This document shows positions 40,657-53,931 of a stretch of 64,000 bases of DNA, one piece after another. Within the stretch, counting starts at the first letter, position 1. Each line of letters opens with the position of its first letter. The position numbers and the translations under genes are program-made. Source of the stretch: Octopus vulgaris (taxonomy: Eukaryota); assembly GCA_951406725.2 (NCBI GenBank), contig OX597816.1:146630001-146694000 (forward strand). The letters are read 5' to 3'. The notes beneath the pieces were generated by a model that saw only the letters and a list, made by a program, of their open reading frames with translations, searched no databases and was not told where the DNA came from.

Positions 40657-41136
40657 GTGATATATAACCAAGAAAATCTAACTTTATTGAGAAGATATAT
40701 ACACGTATAGTGACAAATACATTTATTTTTTTATTTTGTTATAATTTCCATGTGAAAGTAAAAATTGGGATAAAATTCATAGTGTTTTAAATTGCGAACT
40801 GTTTCTAGGACTAGAGGATTACGTAACAGTTGTAATGTTCAGATGGAATGGCCAAAACGTCATGGGTATGCATGAAGTAGATGGATGCTTCGAGACATTA
40901 CCGTAATACCGACTTCATTCCTGAGGAAGAAAAGTAGTAGTTAGTAGTTCGTTGAAAAAGAGAAAGAGAGAAGTGAGAAGCCGCTAGAGGGGGGATGCAG
41001 ACGGCTTAAGGAAGGGAAACGGAGAAGTAGCAGAAGAGCAAGTAGAGATTAGAACTAAAATGCGAGGAGAGGAACGGTAACGTGAATGAGGAGATGACTG
41101 AAGAGAAATAGTATATATACTACAAGTAATATATAT

Positions 41137-41421
41137 CACCGTGATCACCATGACCGACCAGGATATCAGTTGTTGCTACACATAGCTGGTCTCAATGCGC
41201 TTCGCATTGTTTTAGCCTTCTAAGCGAGCAGGGTAATAGAAGAAAGTGAGACAAAGTCGTGGCGAAAGAGTATAGCTGGGATCGCCATCACACTTTGCCG
41301 TAGCCTCGAGGAACTGTAGGCGTTTTCGCTCGATGAACACTCACAACACCCGGTCTAGGAATTGAAACCACGATCCTACAACCATGAGTCCGCTGCCCTA
41401 ACCACTGGGCCATTGCGCCTC
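41137..41421 (-). mobile_element. tRNA-derived SINE (third family)
   Basis: Minus strand GGAGGCGCAATGGCCCAGTGGTTAGGGC A-box, GGTTTCAATTCC B-box-like, ~200-nt body. Confidence 0.75.
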
Positions 41422-44400
41422 CACACAAGTAATATATATATACACACACACACAAAGAGAGAGCGAGAGGGATACATATATGTACATATATACATATACG
41501 CGCTCACATGCATAAGCCTGTATGCATGTAGGTTTGTTTGCGTACATGTGTGTTTGTTGTGCGTGCGTATGCGTATACACATACATATATTTTGCGGGTA
41601 CACATAGGCACATGTAGTTAGATAGTCAAAGAGGAGAGAAGAGACAGACAGGCGGTGAGACAGGCACAAATAGAAAACGATAGATTCATTTCTTTTCATA
41701 TTTTTCTGCGCATTCATGCTTATGACCGTTGTTTTCGTTGGAAACTCATGGAAATGCAAGCTTCTAATAATACAAAGAATATATAATAGAAATGTCGGGG
41801 TAGGTGTATTCGTGTAACTGAGATATATATTTAGGTAGATTATTGAACATTTTACTCATGGTTCATAGAATCAAAGTCAATGCATCTCTACTTTTGAAAA
41901 AAATAAAAGCTATTTTTACTTCATTTTTGTCAGTTCAGTTATTAAAGCAATGCACTTGAGAATTATATTTGGATTAGACTAGTGACCTATTCTGGTGGAA
42001 GTTTATATCTCATTCATCATACAGCATAAAACGGAAGCTAAACAGTAGCTTTCAGTATAGACTTGGTAGCTATGACATAAGAGTCGCATATTAATTCCCC
42101 AATGTGTCAGTTTTTAAAGAGATAAAGCACTTCAGATCTCATCAAACACTTCCATACTGTTAAAATAGCGCGGATCGATTGAGGTTTTAGTGAATATGCA
42201 AATTTCCTCAGGAAATTAAAAACATGACAGGTCTTTGTATTATCTAAATGTACACAATTCTATATGAATTATATATTTTTCAGTCTGACAATAGTTCTCA
42301 GGGTACTTAGAATAAATAAATATTCCGTCTATTTTGTTAGTCTTTTTCAATCTTTTGCTTGAAGCCGATCGCATGCATTTGTTTTTTATAACCAGATTTC
42401 CTAATCTGTTTACTCTCAGTAATTATTTGAGAAGATCACAATTGTGTAGCTGTGAAGATTGAGTGCCCAGCAGCATCTGAAAGAGTCAATATTTCTTATC
42501 TTTCCCCCATTTCTATCTTATCTCGTTATATATTATTTCTCCAGCAAGATTGGTCTACATATCTGCAAATAGTTATACGATATGAATAGATTTCACAATA
42601 GAAATCAGATAACACTGAATTAATAATAAATACTTATTTTATTCCTCATCATCTGGTCGGCGATTTATGTCTATGAGAACTATTGATCGCTGTGATATGA
42701 GAAATGAAGTGTCCCCGTCCACGGCTTCTTGTCCTCAGCTGCCATGGTGATGCTGTTATTATGAAAGCCTAATCAGCAAATACTTCACTTAACGATGTTC
42801 TTGTACAACACTCAAGACAGACTTCGATTTCTAGTTAGCTACAAAATGTATTATTGGCGACGAAATTACTTCAAATATTTAAGCATGCACCCAACAAGTA
42901 AGGATTCAGTACATCAATGTTATTTTCATATTAGTAATTTTGATCTTCACAGGTTTTAAGTTACCCGTGACCGGGCGTTTCCAGCTGATATTCATGATGA
43001 CTGACATGTCACTTAAGAATGAATGTATAATATGATTCGTTTCTGGTATATCGCCCACGTCTTCGATCTCTGTACCGAGTGTGCATTATATTGCTGCTCA
43101 GTAAGATGCGCATTCCCCTATATCGACATGTGATTTTTGACCCACATTCGCACTTTCAACCACGTGAGTCCCAAACTCGAATTATCGGGCGATTGTTTTT
43201 TGTTACTGAGCCAACCATCATTATAAAATGATTTGCTCCACTATTATTTATTTTCTGTAAATAAAGTTTCAGGTTTTGCTGCCTAGATCAGGTCACTACT
43301 AGGCTGATAAACAGCTTCAGATGTGAATTTTGGAAGACCAATGTTGTGCCTGCATCAAATCAGCCACGCACTAAGCTCACCTGTCTACTTCTTTTACACT
43401 ATCGGAGGCAAAGTTACAATTACAAACAGGTAGCATTTCTCTCACTGTCATGTGTGTGGCTTTGGTCTAATCCCTTTGTGGCTTGATCAGAAGACTCTAT
43501 ACAACTTGCATACCAGGATAGAAACTGCACATATCAATGAAATCAACAACACTTTGCAACTAAATTGTTTGTTTTCGCACCCGCTCAACTTTAACTTCTG
43601 GATATACTGTTTAAATCGTGTCTTTCATTGTCTGAATTTATCGTAGATTGATTCAGTTTGGGGTTCCATGTAATATTTCTGGCAAGCTTTGTTATTTCAT
43701 TCTAATTGTGTAGAAAGATTTGTATTCTAAAAGGCAGACCTGTTTTGATGTATTCATGTATGTTTACTGCATTTTTTGCATTACCATGATTAATCATGTT
43801 GTTGGGGGGCGGGCTTTTCCCACGAATCCAATGTGTAGATCATTTCGTTTTTTTGTTGCTTTTGGTTTTTTTTTTTTCACAGAATTTTCTCCCTTTCCTA
43901 TTACCAAATGTTCTTGTCAGTTCATTAGCTTAGGAGATACAATGAACGATTGTCAGTGATCAAAGCACTTGGTGGTCTGTTCTACATCTTTCACATATCC
44001 ATCAACTGCAATTAATATATACGTTATACTATACGAGTATAATGTAGCATTATATCATGCAGAAAATATTCTGTAGATTCTTTTGTTTGTAAATGATGTT
44101 AGTAAATATGGGCTCTGCTGGTGAACAACGTGAGATACAGTTGACATATTGCGTTGCAGTTTCCCCACACTATACCTCTCAATAACATCAATCAACCACC
44201 TTGCATCTTGTCAAGTTGTTATTAGCTTGTCCCATGTGTAATACATTATTAGCTGGTCTCACTGGTCACCATGGATATGATTACTTTCTCTGAATTGTTG
44301 ACCACTTCTATTGTTACGCAAGAGGTATCATGATAAGGAAAGAATTGAATGCAGCAGAGCAGACATTTCAACTTCATAATCAAATCATTGACATCGATTT

Positions 44401-45543
44401 GTGCTTTGGAGGTGCTACACACTTGAAAAGAGATTGTCAAAAGAACGTCGACCCTATACCTGTGATACCAATTATTCTCATAGTCTGTTTATTCCACAGA
44501 GTACTGTGATATTGGGATTGTACATTTCAACTACTATGCGAAGGAAGCTGTGGGACTCTAAGAAATCACAAACTTCTGCTTGGCACCAAATGCAATCATT
44601 CCACTAAAGCAGATAGGACCTACTCAATTTCTGTATCTTAGTAAATTCTCCGCTCTGTTCAAAGGTTGCAACAGCAGTTCTATTTCTTGGTAAGGTGGGG
44701 TTTTCGTAAGTTAATCGTTATTCAACTGGATTGTTCTGCACTGTTTAGAAAAAAAAACGTAAATGCTAATAGATTTTGTAGTTACTAGTAATAGATTCAC
44801 ATGGGAGTTCGTGCGTTTCGTTTAGGCCTTGAAAGAAATCAAGCATCGATTCTACCATGTTCTCTGAATATCTAGCAATCTTTTTCAAATGTTTTTCTTA
44901 TCATTCTGTACGATGTCAAAACGGGTTGGGTTGCTACCATCATGGCGTAAGCCTCAAAATTGAACAGTAATTTGAAGCTTACAGAATTTCCACTAATTTG
45001 ATAAACTCAAAACATAAAAAGATCTGAAATCGATCACCTCGTCACGATACCATCCCTAAAAAGTCAGTGGGCGAAACGATTAGAGCATTTCAAGATATTA
45101 ACGAAGATATTATCTGACTTCTACAATGTGAGTGGCATTAGCAACTTCAGTCAAACTGATTTATCACATTAATGAAAGACGAAGACTTGAATAAAGTAGC
45201 ATAGATTATAAATTGATAAAATACAAGCGTAGATGTATAACAAACTGATGACAGTAAATGCAATTGATATGTACTGCATTCTTGACACGTTTATGATGTG
45301 ATTTCAGGTAACAATTTGTATACATGATACATTCCAAGAAAGAACAATAACGAAACAATTCTGAGAACACAAAAATTGTATTATATTTAATTATTTATGG
45401 AGTGCATTTACATAATATAATTTCCAGAAAATATGTTCTTCATTTCTAATATCTTTATAATTTTCTTTGTCTTCATTTGTCTCTGACATATTTGTAGGTT
45501 TTATATTCTGATTATATTTTTTAACAATTTCTCTTTAACTCTT

Positions 45544-45631
45544 TTCTAACCATGTATTATTATTTTCTTTCTTTTCAGGTAAGACATGACTTAATACAAT
45601 AAAGTGCATCCTACTCTCTGCAATGGTAAGC
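45544..45631 (+). promoter_or_regulatory. Candidate recursive splice site (AG|GT at 45578/45579) with 47-nt cryptic exon
   Basis: TTCTAAC branch point, TTTTCTTTCTTTTCAG acceptor fused to GTAAGA donor; second donor ATG|GTAAGC at 45626. Confidence 0.5.
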
Positions 45632-46817
45632 AAGATCAACATTCTGACAGCTGAAATAGGTATACTAATACTTGCAGTATTGTTTTTGGTCGTCAGGTAA
45701 CATTCATACCTACAAAAACTTGTTAAAAGGACTTGTGGGAATTTATATAAATAGTTAATTATAAATTAGTTGGAAATTTGACATGATATAATATATATAG
45801 TTTATTTTTACAAAGATGAATATAATAGATATGTTCCATATATAAATATATAGATCTAGGATAAAGCAAATAAAACAATGTTTCCAAATCCGAATGAAAA
45901 ACCAACAGTAGAGCTTGATCAAATACACACAGAACCCTTACAGCCATCAAGTCGTAGAAATAACCGGTTTATACAAAGTGCTCACCAGCAATTTTTGGCT
46001 TCAGTAGAACTGATAGAGGTCCCACATTTTATGGACGACATTCCTTCCAGTACCCTAATTACTGAGATTTTATCTTACTTCTCATTGGTTTTCGAATTTT
46101 TCTTTTATATCTCTATGTTTAATTTTTTTGATTTGCTCTTTGTTGTTACCCTGTCTATTATCACTTATAGCCCTATTGTGGTACAATTTAGGAATGGTAC
46201 CACCGAGAGTGGGCCATTGGAATCCTGTTCGTCAATTTCTCTTGCGGAGTAAAATTTGATTGTCATGGCATGCTCAGAGAAGGGACCATGTGTTCTGTAA
46301 TTTTATACCAGACACATCGGCTTTTGTGGTTTACTGATGTCGGTTTCTCTACTGCCGTTTGCCTTTCTTTCTCTTTCTCTGCTTCTACAGTTCCTCAGAG
46401 CAGAAGGGATTTAAATATCCCATTCTTCAGCATGATTTGTAATTGTGTTTTCTGCTGTGCACAATCAGGCTTGCATATAGTTTGCACCTGCAGTATGGCA
46501 GAATGAACATATTCTTCATAGATACTTAACTGTTGGATATCCTTAGAAAGCCAAACAAACAACACGATTTGTAATCATTTCGGCGTTCACCGCGTTACTG
46601 CTTTCGCTATAATTGTGACGAGATATTAATGATCAGCATTCATATCTATGTCATTGAAAGGCACGTGATGGGTTGCCCCATGTATTTGGACACTAGAATA
46701 AAGTAAGTACTCCGTCTTTACATTTACTTACTTTACACAATAAAGTAAACACTCCACTGTAACTAATGTTCAATGTGACAAATTTCTATCACATCCCTGT
46801 GATTTCTCTATTCGATA

Positions 46818-46950
46818 GGCGCCAGTGTGGCCGTGTGATTAGTGGTGTGTTTCCCACCAACATGCTTTCGGATTCAATATCACAGCGTTGAATCTTGGGC
46901 AAGCCTTCAACTATAATCTGGAACAGACAAAAGCCGTGTGAATGGATAGA
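46818..46950 (+). mobile_element. 5' half of the microsatellite-bearing SINE
   Basis: AGGCGC.AGTGTGGCCGTGTG head, GGATTCAAT, TTGGGCAAG, runs into (TA)n. Confidence 0.5.
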
Positions 46951-47020
<70 letters not shown>

Positions 47021-49394
47021 CATGTGTGTGCGTATGTGGGTGTATGTGTATGTATTCAGTAAATGTGCAGCGCATGCCATCAAACTGCCCCTAGAGTACT
47101 TATATAAGAATTCCAATATACGCACCGTGGATACACTTCTGATAAGAGTAAACCAAGCACATGCAGAACAACCACATATCCTAAACGTTGTGATCACATA
47201 TCACGATGATTACGCATGACCTTGCAACTGGGGCCCAGTTACAATTTTATACACGTTAAGTAGAATTTCCCAGGCAAAAGGTCCCTGAATAAGGGTTGCT
47301 TAATGATAATAAACGAAACACCTGTATCTAGAGTTGAATTATGCATATCCCAAAGAACTCTTTTCAACACATGCCTACGACGCACCCCCATATTCTTGCA
47401 CGTGATCAAAGAGGCACATACCTTCAGCCAAAATGGGACATGCTCAAGTGAGAGAATATATCTAATATGCCGCCTCGGCCTTGGATCTCAAACCAAACCC
47501 TGGCTTGGAGACACGTACAACCTCTAAAAGTGTATGCTAGAGTCGAAGTAAAACACAACATTAGGAGTGACTTATTTCCTTTAATATAAACTCTTTCTCA
47601 TTAATATTATACATTCGTACGTTTTCATTTATTTGCTTATTACTGTTTCTAGGAATTGTTCGAGTGGAATATATTGCTATATATTATAATATCCAGCTGT
47701 TTTGTTTTCTGCTGGTTGTTTTCTATTTGGCTTATTCCAATCCTTTGCTTCTCTCAATCGTTCCTTTTAGATGACTACACTTGTTTCCTTTTTGTTTGAC
47801 CTCATTATTGGAACTGTTCGCCATGTAGTTACTTGTTCCGTGTGTTTTCTTTTACTCATATGGATTGTGACATTGATAGATTTGCAATTATATTATTTTA
47901 CTTCGTTTTGTGTGCACAATTGTCAGATGGATTGTTTTGTGTTACTATCCTCATAAAGAACAGATATTAATAAAAACATCATTATCACATTTATGCCCTT
48001 ACAACTTGTCATTATATTTTCTTTTCTTTATATACTTAAATAGAGTTATTTGCATTCTTTTCAAAATATCTATGTACGATATATCTGTGCTATTGCGTTT
48101 TTAATGTAAGTTGCTTTTAACACAAGATTTTAGTAAGCTACAACTGTGAGGTTTCTGGAACAGTTTGCGTCAGCTGTACAACCGCATTTAAGCTCCATAA
48201 CCATCTTTGCTTAAAGCTGTCGATTACAGAATGGATAGCGGATCAACTTCCGAAGCAGCAGTTGCTTTTTTCGACATTCTGTGATGATTTTAAATCCCGT
48301 CATTTTCAGCTCTTCCTACCTTTAGTAGTCGATAAGCTGACAGTCCAGTAGTAGAGCAGGTTCCCCTCTCATACCCTCTCTCTCTTTCTTTCTCTCTTTC
48401 TTTCTTCCCCCTCTCTCTCTCTCTCTCGCTATCTCTCGAGTTATCTGTCTACCTATTATCGTTTACATACTGTTGCGTTAAAATGAGGGAGTTGAGATTG
48501 TGATTGTATCTAAAGTGGCATCTGAAACGTTTAACCAAATCATAAAATATTGAACCAAAGTCTTCTTCAGTATCGCATAAGGGTTTTCACTTGTTTTCTT
48601 TTAATCAGTTCCGTTCAATTCCTTCATTTCACAGATGATTATGTTCGTTCTAGTTAACGCAGCTATTTTAACGCAGCGATACACTGCGTATATCCCCTTC
48701 GTTGTGACGTGTCAACGAGGGGCCTCTTTCTCAGTGCTGGAAATTCCAGTCAAAGTTTGTTCAAGCCGTTCTGTAAGTCCTTTAACAGAATGATACATTT
48801 GATATGAAGTAGTTAACTGGGACAGGGACACAACATTCCCGATGATCTCCTCTAGAATGCGTTTCGTAGTGAACGCGGTTCATTAGGTTAAATGAATGTG
48901 GTTTTGTTCCAGTGTCTACTTCAGTCTCTTTTCAAATTCTATTCGTTTTTTTTTTCTTTTTCAATATGTATTTCCGATTATGATGCCTTTACGTCACATA
49001 TTTTCGTTAAAAAGTTATACACACTGTAACAAGAGTTTCAGCAATCTGGTTCACGAGAGTATCTATGCCAACTCAGCATATTATGTTCATAGAGAAAACA
49101 AGCAGATATTGTTTGCAATTTTTTATATTCATTAGAATTCCAGCTTGAGAATTCTATATATAACCAACTGGCTATATCATACTTGACGAAGATGCGTGAT
49201 GGCAATGGGGCAATTTGCTTCAGCAACGTTAATACTTGAAAGAAACAGTTATATTATTGATATATTTAAATCTGTGTTTTCTCTCAAGAGCTAACGAATA
49301 CGTCGTAGGGTCTGTGCTTTTTACTGAAAATCTTTAAATTGCTCATCTCTACGTTTCTAGGGTAATGATACTTAATAGTATTTTGTCCGTCATT

Positions 49395-49530
49395 ACTTTC
49401 AAAACCCACCGAGGTCGACTTGTCTTTCATAATTGCGGGTTCAACGAAATACGTAGCAGTTACGCACTATGGTTGATGTAATCGACTTGTACCTTCCGCA
49501 GGTTCGAGGCTTGTGCCTTGAGTACAGAGG
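49395..49530 (+). mobile_element. Partial MetaSINE-like SINE
   Basis: CCGAGGTCGACTTGTCTTTCAT...GATGTAATCGACTT...CTTGTGCCT. Confidence 0.65.
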
Positions 49531-49605
<75 letters not shown>

Positions 49606-49616
49606 ATCATCATTAT
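49531..49616. repeat. (ATT)n microsatellite at the 3' end of a Dong-like element
   Basis: Direct reading. Confidence 0.95.
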
Positions 49617-50650
49617 CAGCTCTTTATCACAGGTTTCGTTGGAGCTCCTGGAGTCTTGCATGTGTAGCGGGCTTACAACTTGCAGCCAACGGTATCATGC
49701 TATTAGTTCTTTTCAGTTGTCTAATACTATCCTGATTATTCTGGCCGTGCCAAGGAAGCAAACCTTTGGTAACAATTCTACTGGGCACTTGATACCTTAT
49801 GATGCTGTTCCTAGTTACCCAACAATAATTGGTACTATGTTCACCTTCTTTACTCTCCATAGCCGGGCTATTTCTTACTTAAGAACGTTGTATCATTTTG
49901 TCTTCCTTCTTGACTATTCGTGGGTCAAAGTGACTTGTAAAATCAACCAAATAGCATAGATGGTGCACCTTGTCCACTATCACAAAGTCTATGCTCTAAC
50001 ACCTGATATGACTGGATTGGGAAATCTCAGAAGATTTTGCTAGTCTCCGACTCTGCCATTCCCTGTGGTCTGTGCTCATACCACGTCTTGCCTCTCTCTA
50101 GCCCTCACTTTTTGCACAGTTTGCAATGTTCTCTCTTTCGCTACCTCGTCTTGTCGCCACACCTTGTAGTGGTTTGGGGCAAGTCTAGGGCATTCGTTCC
50201 TGATATGGACAATGGGTTCATCCACTCTATTGCAGATGCGACGTAGCGGAGACACTTGCTCATCGCTAAAGTTGACCCTCCAGTTCGTGGCCGAAGATTA
50301 GTCCTACGCTGCCAGTATAGTGTTTTCGCTCTCTTATTTTAGGGTTCCTTTCATCAGCCAATCCCGCCTATTTTTTCCAGCAACGTCTGCTGTGGCTTCA
50401 TGGAATTGCTTGTGTAGTCCTTTGTTGCGAAATTCTTCTTCATGTCCTTTTTGTACTTCTATCGCTTTCCCTTTTCCATTGCTCTGAAAACTTCCTCGTT
50501 ACTAACTCTCGCTAGTAAGATTCCCTTACTTTGCGCTAGGTAACTCGTTAAGCTTTCGAGTTCGATACACACGCAATCTTCCACACTTATTAGGCCCTTT
50601 CATACGTTCGCTCTCTTCATATATAGGCGATCTATTTGGAATAGACTAGA
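49617..50650 (-). mobile_element. Decayed R4/Dong-like non-LTR 3' fragment
   Basis: Minus-strand remnants IDRLYMKR..KGLISVEDC, RICNRVDEPIVHIRNECP, WYEHRP, EIARLWRVKKVNIVPIIVG; ends at (TAA)n 49531-49616. Confidence 0.78.
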
Positions 50651-50854
50651 TGGAACCACTTGACCTATGGGACCTACCCATAAATATTTTTTGTAAAAAT
50701 GTGAATGGTTCTTCTAGAAGTACAAATATGATGTCGTAGGATTTTATAAATGAATTTTAAGAAAATGTTGCTGAAGTCTTTTCCGAGAATGTGTGTCTTT
50801 GCACCAAAACAGAGGTGAAGTTTCAAGTGAAAGAAAACACTATACCGGTATAGT

Positions 50855-50950
50855 GGGTAGGAATTAAGTCAATTACATCAACCCCGGTGCGAAACTGGTT
50901 CTTATTTAAACCAACCCGAAATGATGAAATGCAAAGTAGACCTCGGTGAA
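50855..50950 (-). mobile_element. Partial MetaSINE-like SINE
   Basis: GATGAAATGCAAAGTAGACCTCGGTG is the reverse complement of the central domain. Confidence 0.6.
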
Positions 50951-50978
50951 ATGATGATGATAATAATAATGATAATAA

Positions 50979-51024
<46 letters not shown>

Positions 51025-51602
51025 CATTTTGTCATTTTTTCCTCATTTTCCCATGTCGATATTACATTGTATTCTAATCGTCAGTAATAAGAGGTCAATA
51101 AATTATCAGACATTTAATCTACAAAGTGAAAGAAACCGAGTTGTATTCAACTCATTATACTTTATATATCTATTATTTACATGACATTCATTCGTTGTAG
51201 TCTGTTGTCCTTTGCTTTGTGAAACATTTCCCCTTTTTTAATTAGATCGTTTTCCTTTTTATATTTTCCACGATTTCATCTATCGACATAACGTTAATTA
51301 CTTAAACGCTGTGCAAACAGAGTGAAACTATCATATGCACTCATGTAAAAAATGGTGACATATGACACAAGATTAGAATCCAAACATTATCTCCTGAGAT
51401 TAATTATATAAAAAAAAATATTCTCATCTTATTGCAATAATAAATTGTTTCTTGCACAAATTGACTGATCTTCATACTACACGATAGGTCAAAAGTAATT
51501 ATATTAAATGACTATCAAAATGAATTACTTACCATTACATATGACAAAACATCGTTATCTTCTTCTTCACCCTCTCTATATCATATATATATATGGGGAC
51601 AC

Positions 51603-51646
<44 letters not shown>

Positions 51647-51653
51647 GAACACG

Positions 51654-51694
<41 letters not shown>

Positions 51695-53558
51695 GTATAT
51701 ATATAAATTTATATGTACTTATATATAAATAAACATATATATATATATAGATATATAGATACATACATACATACATACATACATACATACATACATACAT
51801 ACATACATACTTCCCTTGTTTTAAGCATTCTTCCATGCTGTGATGTTAATTTGGGGCTGATATATTATTGGCTAAAGAGAACATCTTACAGATTAATTTT
51901 TCATTGAAATGTCTAAATACCCGACAATTGATAAGAACAGAATAAACGAGATAAGTATTTCTCAAAAAACAAAACAAAAGTAAATTTGTAGAAAGAGAAA
52001 TAATTACTGAGTTATGCGCGATAAACGGAAATGGCCACTTATAATGGCCGCCTTCTTGTAAATGTTACAAACGCTATCAAAGAAATCTATATCCGTTTTT
52101 TCCTTCTAATTGCGTAGCTTGAGATTAAAGCCGATCATGTTCTATATGAATAGAGAATGATTTTGTTTGTATATTTTTCTTATTTGAAACGTTATATTTT
52201 ATTATGGAAGGGAATATGGGTAAAATATAGACCATGAAGAGTTAGTGATTTCATCTTGAATCAAAACGTCGTCGCTTTTTTTAGCTTCAACAATGCTATA
52301 TTATGTAATGAACGCGATGCACAAGATCATGATTTGCATCGATTTTCAAGAGCATAACATATTTCAGAGGACTAGTATATCTTAAATTTGGTATGAAACT
52401 GTCAAATCACTTCATATAACGATATATCCTTCTTGCCTTACAAATTGTTTTGCATTTCTTGAAATATTTTTATTTACTATGACTAAACGCAGACTTAATA
52501 TATGATTGAAAGCTTATATATGGGACAGTATGCTATCTCGGTGCATTTTATTTGTGTGTTATCTCTATATATTTTATTAACCTAATAACCGGGAGAGACG
52601 AGCAACCATTAATATTTTTTTCTTTCTGTAATCAGGTGTTCTTAACATAACTTACTCTTCACTTTGAAAATATTGATTTCTTTTAGATACGGACTTGGTG
52701 GATTATAAAGTGAAAAGGATAATATAATGAATTAAAGTCAACATATTTAAGTATTCATTATTCGTTGACGGAAATAAAATCATGAAAGGCAAACGCTAGA
52801 TCATAAGATAGAGAAACGAAAATATATAGCAAACTTAGAGCAAGATTGTACAAACAGACAAGAGTAAATATGCTTCATATCTTTTTATGAATTAATTTCG
52901 TGTGATTTTTATTATTTTATGCAAATAACGTAGGTAACAGTTTACCTGCAAAATTCATTAGATGTCACTGTTTCGTATGGATGTAACAAAAAATGTTTAC
53001 TTCTGCTAAATATATTTCGAAAACATCTAAATAACATATTATTGTTGATTCATGAGATTTTCCTAGATTCTGTTACATTGTTGGAAAGATGATTGCTTTA
53101 AAATAAAGAAAATTAGAGGGCACTCATGAAAGATAATCCGTAAATATCATAATTATTTATGTTTTTATTGCATTATTGAGCTTAACACGTATAAAAATTT
53201 TAGGGTATCTGTTCTGTAACTGTTCATCAACCATCCATATAGTGATCATATAAATGTATTTTATTGAGTTAATTTTAATTTTAATTTTGTGTGTGAATCC
53301 TCATGAGTATTGACTAGAGCTGGAGAGTAGAAACGTAAGTGAATTTTACTGGAAATATATTCCAGGTTCACTTTATATTATATAATAATCATATAACACT
53401 ATATGGAAACCATGTAGTATAATTATACATTTGATTTGGCAGTGTTTGACCTTTTGCTTCTCTTAATATCAGAAAGTTGACAAAGGAGTTTAATTGATGA
53501 CCAGAGTTGCGCTCGTCTCAGGCATTTTCCTATAGCAAATCACATTTCATCTAAAATT

Positions 53559-53578
53559 TAGTAGTAGTAGTAGTAGTT

Positions 53579-53636
<58 letters not shown>

Positions 53637-53931
53637 CAGCAGCAGCAGCAGCAGCAGCAGCAATTGTGGTAACCACATCAGCAGCTGAATCGCGTAAGAA
53701 ATAGAAAAAGAAGAGGAAAGTGAAGAGGGGAAAATATAGAAGACAAATATGTACAACAATAAAGAAGAAGAAGAAGAAGAAGAAGAAGAAGAAGAAGAAG
53801 AAAAGAAGAAGAAGAAGAGAAAGAAGAAGAAGAAGAGAATAATGAAGAAGAAGAAGAGAATAATGAAGAAGAAGAAGAAGAAGAAGAGAAAGAAGAAGGA
53901 GAAGACAAAGAAGAAGAAGAAGAAGAAGAAG
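53559..53931. repeat. Trinucleotide cluster (TAG)n-(CAG)n and (GAA)n
   Basis: Direct reading. Confidence 0.95.

Noticed and set aside
41345-41421. tRNA-like sequence (also 31490-31557)
   Set aside because: SINE heads with no intact cloverleaf, continuing into repeat bodies
42960-42992. ACCCGTGACCGGGC...CAGCTGA Helitron 3'-end-like hairpin
   Set aside because: Lacks CTAG terminus and has no matching 5' end nearby
43880-44040. Possible Helitron/Pif1 helicase C-terminal remnant (CQFISLGDTMNDCQ)
   Set aside because: Too degenerate to support without a profile search
47295-47335. TAATGA...CGAAACACCTGTA hammerhead-like remnant
   Set aside because: Core mutated and stems do not pair
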